Source: Okamejei kenojei | Lineage: Eukaryota | Direction of reading: 5' to 3' | Length of the DNA: 64,000 nt | NCBI GenBank assembly: GCA_035221665.1 | Contig: CM069146.1 | Span: 44,702,001-44,766,000 of the forward strand | Part shown: positions 1 through 12,539 of the stretch, piece after piece | How the letters are laid out: every line of letters begins with the position of its first letter | Position numbering within the stretch: position 1 is the stretch's first letter | The notes under the pieces: model-generated | The model's input: only the letters and a program-made list of their open reading frames with translations | Databases searched by the model: none | Told to the model about the DNA's origin: nothing | Position numbers and translations under genes: made by a program

Positions 1-129
1 AATGGTGGCGGATAGATTTCAAAAATCTGCCACGCTCGAGACAGGGGCCAAGAAACGTGTGGGTATTTTTGAACATAGCGCTCTTCATGCTTTGTAATGC
101 TGTTCATGGGAGTACCTACCGGCCTTTGT

Positions 130-520
130 GATAGGAACAGAATTAGGCCATTCAACCCATCATCTACTGTCATTCAATCATGGTTGACCTGGGAAGAACA
201 AAGGAGTACCCGACGTGGGGGGTGGAGAACAATGGACAATGGGGACCCGGCATGCTTTGTAACTTTGTTTAGCATTGTAGTTGGCTGCTATTTGTATACA
301 TTGTGTTTGCAAGTAAATAGTCTCACTGTGCCTTGTCACATGTGACAATAAAGTATTCCTATTCCTATCTCTCCCTCCTAACCCCATTCTCCTGCCTTAT
401 CCCCATAACTCCTGATACCCAAACTAATCAAGAATCTATCTATCCCAGCCTTAAAAATATCCATTGACTTGGCCTCCACAGCCTTCTGTGGCAATGAATT
501 CCACAGATTCATCACCAGGA
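130..520 (-). mobile_element. CR1 LINE 3' end fragment, interrupted by an insertion at ~186-365
   Basis: ORF 378..569(-) contains LWNSLPQKAVEAKSMDIFKAGIDRFLIS, the typical CR1 ORF2 C-terminus; the 3' tail (aattaggccattcaacccatc) at 140-160 matches other CR1 tails in the window. Confidence 0.85.
186..368 (+). mobile_element. 3' tail of a second non-LTR element inserted into the CR1 tail
   Basis: Ends in ...cacatgtgacaataaagtattcctattcctat (AATAAA plus a short tandem tail) and splits otherwise contiguous CR1 3' UTR sequence. Confidence 0.5.
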
Positions 521-778
521 AGCACTGAGATGGCAAAGGCAAGGGAGTGGGGACTGAGTTGGATGGCACCAGGGATTGTCTAGCTCCACTGAGATTGTGG
601 ATGCTTGACCCATACTACGAGTGCATGGTTATAAACTGGGTCGATCTGTCTGGCACCTGTCCTCGCTAAACTGTTCAAATATCAGGACAATGCATCTTCA
701 CATTCAGATGAATGAATTTCAACAAACGATTTTCAAAGGCATCTGGTGTTCTGACAACTACTGCCCTTGAACAAAACG

Positions 779-890
779 TGCAGATGCTGGTTTACACCAA
801 AGAGTCTCGACCTGAAACATCACCCATTCCTTCGCTCCAGAGATGCTGCCTGGCCCGCTGAGTTACTCCAGCAATTTGTGTCTATCTTGG
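779..890 (+). mobile_element. Penelope-like pLTR remnant (partial hammerhead motif) with a short inverted 5' piece
   Basis: gtctcgacctgaaacatcacccattcc...agatgctgcc...gagttactccagc matches the pLTR seen next to the GIY-YIG ORF at 30475-30700. Confidence 0.75.
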
Positions 891-913
891 ACAGCTGGAT
901 TTTGTACTTGCAA

Positions 914-1270
914 CCCAGGTCGAAATTCCCATAGAAACCAGTAGAAACCTTCTACTGGTTTCAGGATCCTAGTGGTTTCTATGGGAATTTCCAGTGGTTC
1001 AATATATGATTCCATTAGAAACCAGTAGATCCAACTGGAATGAAGACCAGAAGAAGCCAATAGAAACCAGTAGATTCTATTGGTTTTAAGAGGGGTATAA
1101 AATTCCAAAGTCAAACCAGTAGAAACCATTAGAAACCAGTACAGTGTCATGGTTTCAAGTAGGGAGTCAAACCTGTAGAAAACAGTAGAAACCTGTAGAG
1201 TCTACTGGTTTGAAATGGTGTGTTGCATACGAAGTTAAACCAGTAGAAAAACCAGTGAAGACCACTACAA
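914..1270. repeat. Subterminal repeat array (AAACCAGTAGAAACC-like motif, direct and inverted) of the CACTA element
   Basis: More than 10 variants of aaaccagtag / ctactggttt; gaaattcccatagaaacca (~922) is inverted as tggtttctatgggaatttc (~973-991). Confidence 0.85.
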
Positions 1271-1800
1271 TTTTGCATGTAAAAAAGAAAGAAATACATA
1301 AGAAATAAAAACAGGACTTTTATGCATATAATTTGCATAAATTATGATATACAGTCCAAATAATAATTATGCTATGTTTAGATTTGTAGAGTTTGTTTAT
1401 CTGTTTGTGTCATTCAAGATTGGTTTGGATCATTCCATGACGAGATCTGCAATAAAAAATGCTAAAACAGTACATTTGCCTACATAACGTGCACTTAATT
1501 AGTAATATGCACATTCATTAATTCCTAATTTGCATGACTGTTTCACATAATTCAAACATAAAATTACTCGATTTGACAATGAACACCTTCTTTTTACATA
1601 TAACAAACTTGAACAGGGATTTCTAGCCTATAAAGGACACTCAAATATAAAAAAACAATTAGTATTTGCATAATTAATTAGGAATATAAGTAAAAATGAG
1701 AGGAATAATATCAATTTGACTAGGCATTCATGTAGAGAACATAATGAACTATGTGTACACCAAATTTTGTTGCAATCGGACGATCAAACAGCCTAGATCT

Positions 1801-1951
1801 ATTTGCGTAAGTCAAAGGTGTTTTTTTTCGGTCCCTTTGGACTCGCTTAACCCTAAAAAGACTGGGGTATGGAGGCTGAAATACCCCAGTCTTTTTAGGG
1901 TTTAGCCGAGTCCAAAGGGACCGAAAAAAAAAACCTTCTACTTGCGCAAAT
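1801..1951. repeat. Long inverted repeat: ~70-bp arms, 10-nt loop
   Basis: 1801-1870 (atttgcgtaag...actggggtat) is the near-perfect reverse complement of 1881-1951 (ataccccagt...cttgcgcaaat); loop ggaggctgaa. Confidence 0.95.
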
Positions 1952-2382
1952 TTCGACTTAGACAGTACAATTAGTACATGTTTATGACCATATGGACAAG
2001 AATTTTTCTTCGACGTCGACATAGGTGAGGTTGACTGTACTAGCAAGTGTTTTTTTCGAGACATCAATATTTGCATTTAGCAACCAGAATGTTCCCCATC
2101 CTGCATCTAAGACAACATATCTTGAAAGAAACAACTTCAAAGAAGACCATTCCCAGTTGACTACACATCAAGACATATCATTCAGTGTGGCATCCTACCA
2201 AACAGTCATTGAATTCAGTTTAAAAAAAATGTTTCAAAGATCCTCTAACTTTGAAAATTCCTGAGTAGGCAGAATGGATGTAAATTTCATTTTCAGTTTA
2301 TTCTACATCCACAATTCGCATGCCAATACAGTAATGTCCCTTGGTAATCAATAAATGTTTCCATTCTCTACATGCAGAGAGT

Positions 2383-4989
2383 TCAGTTCAGGGCCACATA
2401 ATTTGGAAAGGCAGCAATGTACAGGATGCCATCCACATTCATTGACATACAATTACCCATGGCTTCTTCAGCACGGATAGCAACTATCTCTGCATATCCT
2501 GTACAGACCTTAAGATGTGACAATTTAGAATTTGATTCGTCATCTCTAAATGTTACTTCCTCTTGAAGAACTAAGCACTTTACAATCATTATACACTCGT
2601 CATCAATGAGAGGATGCTGAGTAATTCACCCACTTTACCATCAGCAAATGCCACAAGTCTGTTATTTCGAGTCATTGCCTCAGTCCTATAACCTGCAGTA
2701 CAAAACAACATTACCATCTTTTCTAAGTCTGTTGTAAACAAGAACTGAGTTGTCTTCATTTAAAACATAACCAATAGCAGAAAGAGCATCTCTCTCTTGA
2801 GGTGTGCAATACCGAGAGCAGCCTGATCCGAGAATGTGCACACCATGCATGCCATAATTTCTTTTCTATTGATGTTTAATATCTTTGCTGTAAAGGCCTT
2901 TACACGGGGTGAGATGTACTGATGTCAATGATAATGGCAACATTTGTAATGTAAGGAATTTTTGAACTACCTGCATGATGATACCACGGTTTCCTTGGAG
3001 TTGCCGTTTTATACGCCAGTTAGCAGCTTCAAATGAAAAACATGAATGTGTCCAAAGAGGACCCCACAATCGTACACTTTTTGATAAATGTGTTAGGGAG
3101 TGGATGTTGAAAGTCATCGCACCTGACCCATACAGTAATTCACAGCGACACACAAAATGAAACATGAGAATATCACTTCTTTGTAAATCAAATACTGATA
3201 CTGACTTTTGTAAAAGGAGGAAAGAAGCTTCAACAAGAATGATAAGATGTTCCCAATACACTTTAGGTAAAATACCCTTCAAACATGGCACACTGTAGAA
3301 TATTAACCAGGTGTACCACTCTGAAGCTTTCCAATATTTTCTCTCAGAAATCGGCCTTGGCGCTCTTGCAATAACACTAGGGGGCTTAATAGCCTTCATT
3401 CTATTGCTGATTATTGATACCAATCTTTGAGAACCAATGTAAAATGGGTTGACTGCTTCTGATGAAAACCATAGTTCTAAAAGCTGTCTGGCAACTCCTA
3501 GTAACAAACAGTGCATGAAATCAGGGGGAAATCCCCAACATATTGGAAAATGATGAAGATTAATGAGTGCACTTGGACCCTTCACCCCCCTTACAGTACG
3601 ATTTTCTTGAAATGACTGAATCATATCATTTAACATTTCATCATCAGTTCTGTCAGTAAAATCACAAACATCAACTGGATATTTGATCACTCTATCTATT
3701 ATCTTACCAGGATGGTAACATAAAACCACAACCACTATACCCATTGAACCTAATTGTATTTTGCATTGCAGATCGAGCAGGTGCAACTGCACAACAACAA
3801 AGTCCAAATAATTTACTACAAATGATCGCATCACCCCTTTTCCGAGACACTCCGGATTCTGATAATTTATTAGCCTCGCTGGTAAATTTTCCAAAAATAC
3901 TTGCATTTTTAGGCTCAACTTTCCCAAACCATACGCCAGCCAGTATCAAGTTCTCATACCTGAGTTTGGGTGGCAATTATTGATCATTAAATAAATTGGC
4001 CAAAGTGAGTACTTTGATGAATTAAAACTGGAATCCCATCAGAATTAAATGAGTATGAAAAATTATAATTATTGCCCAAAAGTGCATCATCATCTGCCAT
4101 CTTCTTATACATTTCTCCATCAAAAATATCTTCAATATTACCGTTCATATTGCTTGTGGCGGGTAATCTCGGTATGTGAGGTGAGGTGTAATATCTGCCC
4201 TCTCAAAGAGAGATTGAACCTGTGAGGACAAGTTGGCTGTCACAAAAAAAATCACTGTGACTGAGATCGAAACTACACATGCAGTTCTACATTGTGGACA
4301 GGATACAGGTATGTTCTCATCACTTACAGAATTAAAAGATCTTACAAATACTAAAACAAGAAAGACAGTAGAAGTGAAAACTAAGCTGAATGATATTGTT
4401 ACAAAAAAATATGTCTAAGGATAGATTTTGTTGACTGAAAGATGAATCTGCCAAAGAGAAGATTTAAGAGTTCCAAGAGATGACACACAGCTGTAGCTGA
4501 CAGACAGTGCCTCATCACAAATGACAACACCATTAGCAATGCTTCTGCTTTGGAAACATTTGATCCTTCAAAACAGAGGGTAATTCAGTGTCTCATCAAA
4601 GTCAACATGATCACTGTCATCCTCCTGCTCCGACTCGTCATCAGATAAATTAGAAGAATATTCTGGATTATCCCTATCTGCATCTTCTTCATATTCACTG
4701 TCACTTTCGCTATTACCTTCATGAACAGTGAAACTATCCTCTTGTTCGTGGCAAATTGAGGATGATCGTTACAGGCTACAACTTCAATATTACTATCCTC
4801 TCCACTTGACTCAGTTGAATGAGACCAAGTATGACAGTCTGCTGCCGTCTCTGAGTCTGCTGCTGTCTCTTGATCTACAAAATATACGTTTGCTCGCCTC
4901 CGTCGCCATTTGGTAGCTGGTGGAATGGTGTCGTTGCTGTCTGGTTCCAGGTAGACTTTCAGTCGTTTTCTACCATCCTTCACACTCAT
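2383..4989 (-). pseudogene. EnSpm/CACTA-type transposase, intronless, broken by frameshifts (~870 codons)
   Basis: Collinear pieces: MSVKDGRKRLKVYLEP (ATG 4989), LLMVLSFVMRHCLS, CPQC, DIFDGEMY..FNSDG..SLWPIY, LILAGVWFG, APAR..FNGYSGCG, PPDFMHCLLLG, RAPRPISERKYWKASEW, MTFNIHSLTHL..WGPLWTHSCFSFE, ending AFPNYVALN* at 2383. Confidence 0.9.
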
Positions 4990-6437
4990 TGCTGCAATGC
5001 ACGTATCTTGTGAGCAGAACGAATATTTCACAATTTAAATCGTGGAATCTAGGCCACATACAAACTTGCCGCGCCACTATCGACCCGCTGTTGAATATCA
5101 GTATTTTGCGGTTTATACCGGCCAGATTGGTAGGTACCGTACAGGGATTGTGCAGCTGTACGTAACGTGATTACTGCACAGAAACGATCGAATTTGTCTA
5201 CTACTATACTAAGTAAGCTGATCTGACAGATTGGTGGTGTGTTGAAAATGGCGCGGATTTAATGCATCGTGAAAAGTTTATTTTTAATAAATCGGTTAAG
5301 TATTTTTTAATATATGATATAAATAATTTGATAACCACAAAATTATTATATGAATTGAGTATGTTTATCATTTATACATCTGTAATATTTTCAAATTGTG
5401 TCGATCTTGCATAAGCCTCAAATCGGCAGGCAAAAGCTGTCAATCCACGGAGCATCGCCTGCATTAACACAATTTTGCAAGCGCAGCACCCACGGGCGGC
5501 CTGTGACAAGAGATGAATTATTTTGAAAGAACATTATTTTGTATCTAAAAGTAGGTATTGTCCATCGACTGTAACACAAGAACATCAAATGATGTAGTTA
5601 TAACAGATTGTATTTTTACATTGATTTTACATTAACCAACTTCAGCCTCAAAATGCTGCATACAAATTTGTAGCGGTCAGTAGCGGGCAGTTTATTGGTT
5701 TCTTTTTTTTTGTTTTATTGTGACATGTGATATGACATTAATAAAATCGCTGTGTGTTGCACTATTGCGAAAAACAACTATTTTTGGATCAATTGACATA
5801 GATGACCTTCAAAATGTTTATTTTACTGGTTCCTGGTGTGACAACATTTCTGACAAGCCTTCCCTGCTTTATCTCAGGGTTACTGCCGAGCAGGGGAGCT
5901 GTAATGGATTGAGACCGTTACACACCACCCTCCCCACCTCAACTAATATCACACATATAAAGAATAAAATCAATAGCTTTAATTTCCCTACCATTTTCAA
6001 CTGCCAAGCTCAGCAGGTTTTAATGGGCAGAGCCAATTCCTTTTTATTGTTTTAATTGTTTCAGGCTTACAAGTCAATCATCTGGTGGGGCAGTACTCAG
6101 ACAGCACAGGAGAGTGGGTGTTCAATGATTTGTGTAAAAGGGCAGTCAGATCAAAAACCACAATATGTATTCAATACTGGAGGAGTTTAATCTGTTACCT
6201 TCTGGTTACATTACTGTCTACACAAGGTCAAATGTTAACTTAATTATGACCAATATGAAATATAATATTGCATTCCCTTGCACCGCAGTATTGCTAAAAG
6301 GCAAATGACTCTCAGAGCACCTGCCAAACTGTAATTACCCATGTTATGATAAATACACCAAAAGATTAAAGGATTAACAGATTAATGTAGTCTTGCTGTC
6401 ACTGATTTGACTGTTAGACGGCAAAACGTGTGCGTTA

Positions 6438-7146
6438 TGGGCCTGTCCCACCAGCATGCGACTGCGTGCGGTGAGCGCGACCTAACGTGGTCGCTTGAGC
6501 CGTCCGGCCCCGCAGGGCCGGTCCCACTTTGATCGCCGGAGCCGTATGGGGTTGTGCGGAGCTGGTCCCGATATCGCGCGGGGCTCCGAAAAACTGACTG
6601 TGTTCAAAAATTCCGCACAGCAACGGCCTGCTGGCCCGCAGCCGCCTCGATGCATTACGCACCGCCTCGCATCGTGCCTCCATGACCCTCTCTATATGTG
6701 CCTCCGTGGCCCTCTGTGTGCCTCCGTGACCCTCTCTATATGTGCCTCCGTGGCCCTCTCTGTGTGCCTCCGTGGCCCTCTCTGTGTGCCTCCGTGGCCC
6801 TCTCTGTGTGCCTCCGTGGCCCTCTCTGTGTGCCTCCGTGGCCCTCTCTGTGTGCCTCCAGTGGCCCCTCTCTGGTGTGCCTCCGTCCCTCCTGTCCCCT
6901 CTGTTCTTGCGAAACTTACCACAGACTTTCGCTCCAACTTCGCGCCCACTTTGCGTCAGACTCACCCGACTGGCCTTTGCAGCCCCCGCTGCCAGTTTGG
7001 TCGCGCTCTCAGCCGCATGTCAGGCCGCACGCCTGGTTGGGACCGGCACCTGTAACGGAGATCAGACTCGACCCCGCACGACCCCCGCTTCCAGTATGGT
7101 CGCGCTTGCCGGCATTTCAGGTTCGCAGGCTCGTGGACAGGCCGCT
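6438..7146. mobile_element. PIF/Harbinger-type non-autonomous element (MITE) containing a minisatellite
   Basis: TTA then TGGGCCTGTCCCAC at 6438; degenerate reverse-complement termini at ~7033-7050 and ~7133-7146; the terminus resembles the MITEs at 59367 and 62102. Confidence 0.6.
6674..6890. repeat. 22-bp minisatellite (tgtgtgcctccgtggccctctc), about 9-10 copies
   Basis: Units start at 6761, 6783, 6805, 6827 and 6849, with variant units on both sides. Confidence 0.95.
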
Positions 7147-10100
7147 TAACAAATGCAGCACAACACAATCAAAGAACAAGGAACAACAGGACACTGCAGA
7201 TGCTGGAGCCTTGAGTAAAAAAGTCGGTTGCAGGAATTCCAGCAAATGTCAGGACAGCATTTGCGGTCAATAGTATAGAGCGGGGGTGGCTTTGGGTTTT
7301 GGGTTTGGCCTTCTTCCCTTCAGACTCTTTCAGTTCCCCTGAAGGACCAGACTCTGTGTAAATTTAGATTTGCAAAGGGAGGGGCGGTAGCTCGAAGCGA
7401 GCGAAAGATGTGTAGAATGGGCGGAGAGGAATTCAATTGAGAGAAGGAAAATCAAAGGGAACGGCAGCGGGACGGACCCAGGACACGAGAAAAGGAGGAG
7501 AGGGGGGGAGTGTTGAGTTGGGTGAGTAGGAAGATTTGAGGGTGTGAGGGGAGGTGGCGTGGCTTAGAGGGTGCGAATGGAGAATCAGGGGAGGGTGGGC
7601 GGGTGGAGGCGTACCCAACTTGCCGAGCGTAAGTGGAGGGGAAGCTCATTTATATGCCCCTTGTACTGTTTATCAATTAAATTGCATGTGTGCTCTCGCC
7701 TGTTAATTACAGCCAATTTAATAGGTCCCCCCCCACCCCCCCCCCCCCCACCCACCCCAAAATTTTTGGTGGGGGAGTGTGTCCGGGGGGGGTGTGATAT
7801 AAATGGGGTCACATTCTGCTAGTGGCAGGAATTTATAGAACATGCTTTGGCTACTTACCTCCCCCCCCCCCCCCCCCCCCCTCAATCGGTGTGGATGCAA
7901 TGTATTTGTCCAACGTTTCTTCGCATTCCCTAATTAGCACACGGTGCACTATGTTCACCCCTCCCCCCCCTCCTTATGATGCAGAACTGATGTGATTTTC
8001 AATGACTGCCTAGAGTTACGCAAAATATAGTTAAGCCATGAATTACTTTGCCCCCACCCCCCACTTTGGACGAAACGTACCCGACCGGCCAAACATCCGT
8101 TGTAGAGCAGACTTTTAAAGCATTCTTGGATATGTTGGAAAAGATACAAGGAAAATTGAAACTAAAAAAAGATTTTAAAAATAAGATGCCACGAGTTAAT
8201 ATTATTTTCAGCAAATGCTTTAAAGAGGTGTTGTCAATCTCTCTGAAAAAACGTTTGAAGAGGACACAAACACAATTATGCAGCGCTGTGGTCACTGCGA
8301 TCAAACTGAGGCAGTTGAGTGTTGTAAACTGTTCAGTGACTCAAAACTGGATTTGCAAGATAGATTACTCTAATGACAATTCTTTGAGTTAATACTACAC
8401 AGCAGTAGTTTGTACTTCATTAATTAAGTCGTGGTGTTTTTAAACAAAACATCATCAAACCACAGCCAAGCAAAAACAATAAATAAATATATAAATAAAA
8501 AGAACCTTTTACAAAATCATGTACACCCCAAATTTAGAATTACCAAGTCTGAGGAGGAAAGATTTATCCCACTCATTGGAAAATTGGTAAAATTTTCCTA
8601 TTTCCTGAAAGATGCACATTTTTGCCAGCAACCTCTAACATAGTCACAGACAATTATAGTCCATATCTTTCTTCACAGATTTTCACAGAATCCATTGATT
8701 TTGTCTAATATCCTGTCACTGTGGTTGTGTTGGGACAATTATTTACCAAGGAGCATAGCCAAAGCAGGTTACTTTACTGGCTGCCTGCAAAGTCCATTAC
8801 TCGTTGCCGAGTAACCGTGAAGCTGACAAAGAGTGTCCCCCTCAATCACAGGAGTAGCTTTTCACATAACAGTTGCCTGCTACACATCTTCCCGTCTCTG
8901 GGAGTCATGGACATAAAAATGCACATCACCCGCACTCCTTTTAGAGCACTTTAAATTTTCTTATGACACACAATCTTATTTGCCCTGGTCAACAATGAAA
9001 GCTTGTAATTGGAATTCTATGTGTAACCCTTTTCAGAGGATTTGAATTAAGTTGGAATGCTTTGAGTACTTTTATTTACAAAGATGTAAGAAAAAGTCTC
9101 AAAAAGCGGTAATAAACTGAACCTTTCAAAGGTGAGTAATAGAACAATAATATTAAATGTTGAACAGAGCAATTTCACAACTAATATTTTTGTTTCAACT
9201 CTACTCACAAATTTTCCAATTATCCATTCTCATTTTAAAGAACTAAATCTTCCAATCATGACGCCCCCAATTTTAAATCATTTAAGACTGACATGTGATT
9301 TGCAGAAATATAATCCAAATTGTGGGAAGAAATATATATATTTATTTCCTGAATGCATACAATAAATGGCACCTCTGTCAATACAAACCCATTTTTTTTT
9401 GATAAAACAGAGGATGTATATGCAAAGATGACACGAAGTGCTGGAGCTTGGCTCAGCGAGTCTCCGGCAGGCATCTCTGGGAAAGCCATGGGTTATAGGT
9501 TAGATTTCTGCGTCGGACCCTTTTGTAGAGACCAGAGTTATAACCAGTAACTGCAGTGCCTTGTTATCTACTCTTGTATTAAGCTTGTACTCTTTTCACA
9601 TTTTGACTAAGAAAGAGATAGCTTCAGAAGCTCATTTTTCGACATGCCATTCACCTCAAAAAAATGAGTTTCTGGTGCATCAATCATAGGCATATTAAAA
9701 TTAGCTACTTGGCTGGACTGCACTCATTGAAAATGATGAGTGGAAAAATCAAAAAGCGCGAAAATTATCCGAACAGTCTGCATTACGCCTTTCTCTCTCA
9801 CAGCAGATTTTGCAAGAAGAAAGGCTTCAAACTCATTATTTGTTTTGTATAATGTAAGAGATAGACAACAAAAAACACTGGAGTATACATCTGTTTTAAA
9901 CGCGCTGTACAGTTTGTGTAATTTCTCTCAATGTTCCAGTCCGGATTCCGAAGCGCGAATGAAGATGAATTTCACATTACAAGAACTTTCCAAAGCAGGA
10001 AACGCAGGTTTTTAAACCTTTTGTCTGGCCATCACTAGTTCCATTCTTTAATCTCTCAGCTTTTCCCGAAATCTTTTTCCCCCTTCTTTCGTTTTTTAAT

Positions 10101-10481
10101 CTCTTACTCATTGCTAATTTACCAGATTGCTTTTAATCAGTCACCATTAGAGGGGAGTAGGTAATGCCCAAATCTCTCATCATCAAAGAGTGTTTCTATT
10201 GTCATATGCCTGAAACGACAATGAAATTCTCACTGTGCAGCAGCCACAACAGAATGTGTAAACAGCTACAACTTAAAAACCCCCTAAGACAAAAAGTAAT
10301 GGGGGGGTGTAAAACAAACAATTAAATAACCACCATGAACATGGGTAACTTATGGTAAATTTAAAACCATCTTCGTTTTTTTTTAATGTCCATCATTTAG
10401 GCAACATGCTTGCGAGTTGTATTCACATGCTAACCTCTCTCAATTTTCTCTTCTCAAAGTACCCTGATAGTTGGTGGAAGA

Positions 10482-10608
10482 GATTGCAACCTTACGTGGT
10501 CCGCCCCCCGTGCGTACTATGCTTTCAACTCGACGTTGCACAAACGAGATGTGAATAGAACATGTTGTTCCTACTACTTAGGCGTGACGCCACACAAAAA
10601 GAAGAAGT
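10482..10608 (+). repeat. Short interspersed repeat with (aag)n tail, probably a retroposon 3' end; second copy at 49613-49690
   Basis: aatagaacatgttgttcctactactttaggcgtgacgccacacaaaaagaagaag aligns with aatagaacaagctgtcctacaactttaggctgtgcatgccatacgcaagaag. Confidence 0.55.
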
Positions 10609-11211
10609 ACCCTAGTGAATTACAATGCTTTGATCAACGATGTCTTGGTTACTCCTTTCATGGAAATTAAAGCTTCCGATGGTCAGACAGCTGCCAGTTC
10701 TCTCACAATGTGTGACTACTCCCAGATCTTTTTACGCCGATGGTGGAAATAGAATGGCAGGCTAACGTGGCATTGGGTTCAACAATCTATCAGAGACTCT
10801 CCACAACTATCACACAAACCCCCAAGCGTTTTGTACTGATTTTATGCCTTTTGACAGTCTTCCCACGAAAACATATTGAATCTGTAAACATTGATCACAC
10901 ACTTCTAGAATTTTCATTTCTTTTAACAAGTCCAGTGTGCTGGCTCGGCAAATGTTGAGTTGACACTCATTCATTGTTCAAGGAAAGCCTTCATCTTGTC
11001 TTCACTAAGGAGTTAACATGCAACTTGGACATCATTTCCATCAGGACTTATCTGGATAATCTTTTCCTTCAGGAATGCATGAAGGAATCAGACATTACCC
11101 AGGATGATCTGCCTTTTGCAGCATTTACATTCAGGTATTCTGACATTTCATCTTCACAGCAGCTCTAGCTGCTACATAGGTAGTAAGTTATCTGCCCAAT
11201 TTTTATCGTGT

Positions 11212-11335
11212 TGGAAGGAACTGCCGATATGTTTAAGTCTGAAAGATGTTGTCTCGATCTGAATACGCACCATTCTTTCTCTACATAGATTGCTGCCCGT
11301 CCTGCTGAGTTACTCCAGCATTTTTGTGATCTAAC
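11212..11335 (+). mobile_element. Degenerate Penelope-like pLTR remnant
   Basis: gtctgaaagatgttgtctcgatctgaatacgcacc...gctgagttactccagcattttt. Confidence 0.6.
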
Positions 11336-12289
11336 ATATTTTATCCTTGCCTAGTCCCCATTTAATGCATGCACCTTCGATAACTTTAAGTGTGAACACA
11401 CCCTCACCTTAATGTAATCGTCACCAATTTCAGTGATCTTAGATATAAGTCTGACAATCTGATTTATAAAAAAAAAAAATTAAAAAAACACATATCACAT
11501 AGAAACAAGACTTTTGTTCTCCAGTGTTTGAATGTACCCACTAAGTTACGCCAGACAATTTGTGGTTCAAATTGTTTAGTATTTGTTTTGAAACAACAGG
11601 ACATGAACAAGTGCGATTACTCACAACTTGAAGTCTGGTTCATAAATTACTCACACTTGGACATCACATTGACATAGACTGAATTCTTCACCCGATTTAC
11701 ATCATCGCATTACACTCCAACCCAAACGCCATTATTAGCGACGATCTTAGTACATACACTTATATAATTCCTGGAATGCACAAACATATTTTCTGTTTGG
11801 AACCCATTGCTACATTGAATAATTCATACGTTTTGTTAGCAAAAATATAGTTTGCCAATCCATTCATGCAATTCTACCAGCGCTCTGACAAAGAAGAAAT
11901 TATTCATCTTTTTTGGATTAAATAAATGAATTATTCACGTGCACTACGCCTATCTCTCCTTATAAACACTTGTTCCTTGTAAATGAATGATGAAGAGAAC
12001 TGTGGGGACTTGGAGTTCGAAACTGAGCAAATGGCGATCGTTCAATCATTTAACTAATTTTTCTTTAATGAATACTCACACACGTATGCTATAAATTGAA
12101 ACAGAGTTTGTGGAATATCCAAGATCAGTACAGTGTCGGAAACGGTGCAGGGATCGAAGGGCCAAATGGCCTCCTGCTGCACTAGTTGTCTATGTTTCAC
12201 GGCAGGGCTACTGTAAGGCGTCAAACAGTGCCAATTCTAAACGGGGCATCTCAGATTAGATTGTTTGCAGGGGGGGGGGATGTTGGTTT

Positions 12290-12530
12290 TAAACCAAAGA
12301 TATATACAAAAGAGCCGGAGTACTCACGGGGACAGGAGCATATCCGCTGGAAGAGAAAGGATGGTTGACGTTTCAAGTGAGACCCTTCTTCAGACCAAAG
12401 ATACTAGCTCCTCTAGTTATCTTTGCTTCAGACAGTTAGTGAAAAGTGAGAAACACGAGAGGATATAGATGGTGATATAGGAAGAGGTAAAGGACAATGA
12501 TGCGCGTGCGATCCGAATGATATGTACAAA
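12290..12530 (-). mobile_element. Penelope-like pLTR remnant with intact hammerhead core (12367-12393)
   Basis: Minus strand reads CTGAAGA AGGGTCTCACTT GAAAC GTC. Confidence 0.7.
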
Positions 12531-12539
12531 TATGTTTTT

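Larger units (their letters stand above)
914..5300 (-). mobile_element. CACTA/EnSpm (CMC superfamily) DNA transposon, decayed; right boundary not defined
   Basis: Starts CCCAGGT at 914, followed by dense subterminal repeats in both orientations, and contains a disrupted EnSpm-type transposase. Confidence 0.8.

Noticed and set aside
914-1270. CRISPR-like appearance of short repeats with variable spacers
   Set aside because: Repeats are ~10-15 bp, in both orientations, irregularly spaced, adjacent to a eukaryotic transposase, with no cas genes.
6435-7273. Cluster of long overlapping ORFs (135-191 aa) on both strands
   Set aside because: They arise from a stop-poor GC-rich MITE and a 22-bp minisatellite; the translations are periodic and match no protein family I recognise.
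8048-10015. Short ORFs of 60-114 aa in unique intergenic sequence
   Set aside because: No recognisable domains or splice-consistent exon chain; lengths are within chance expectation.
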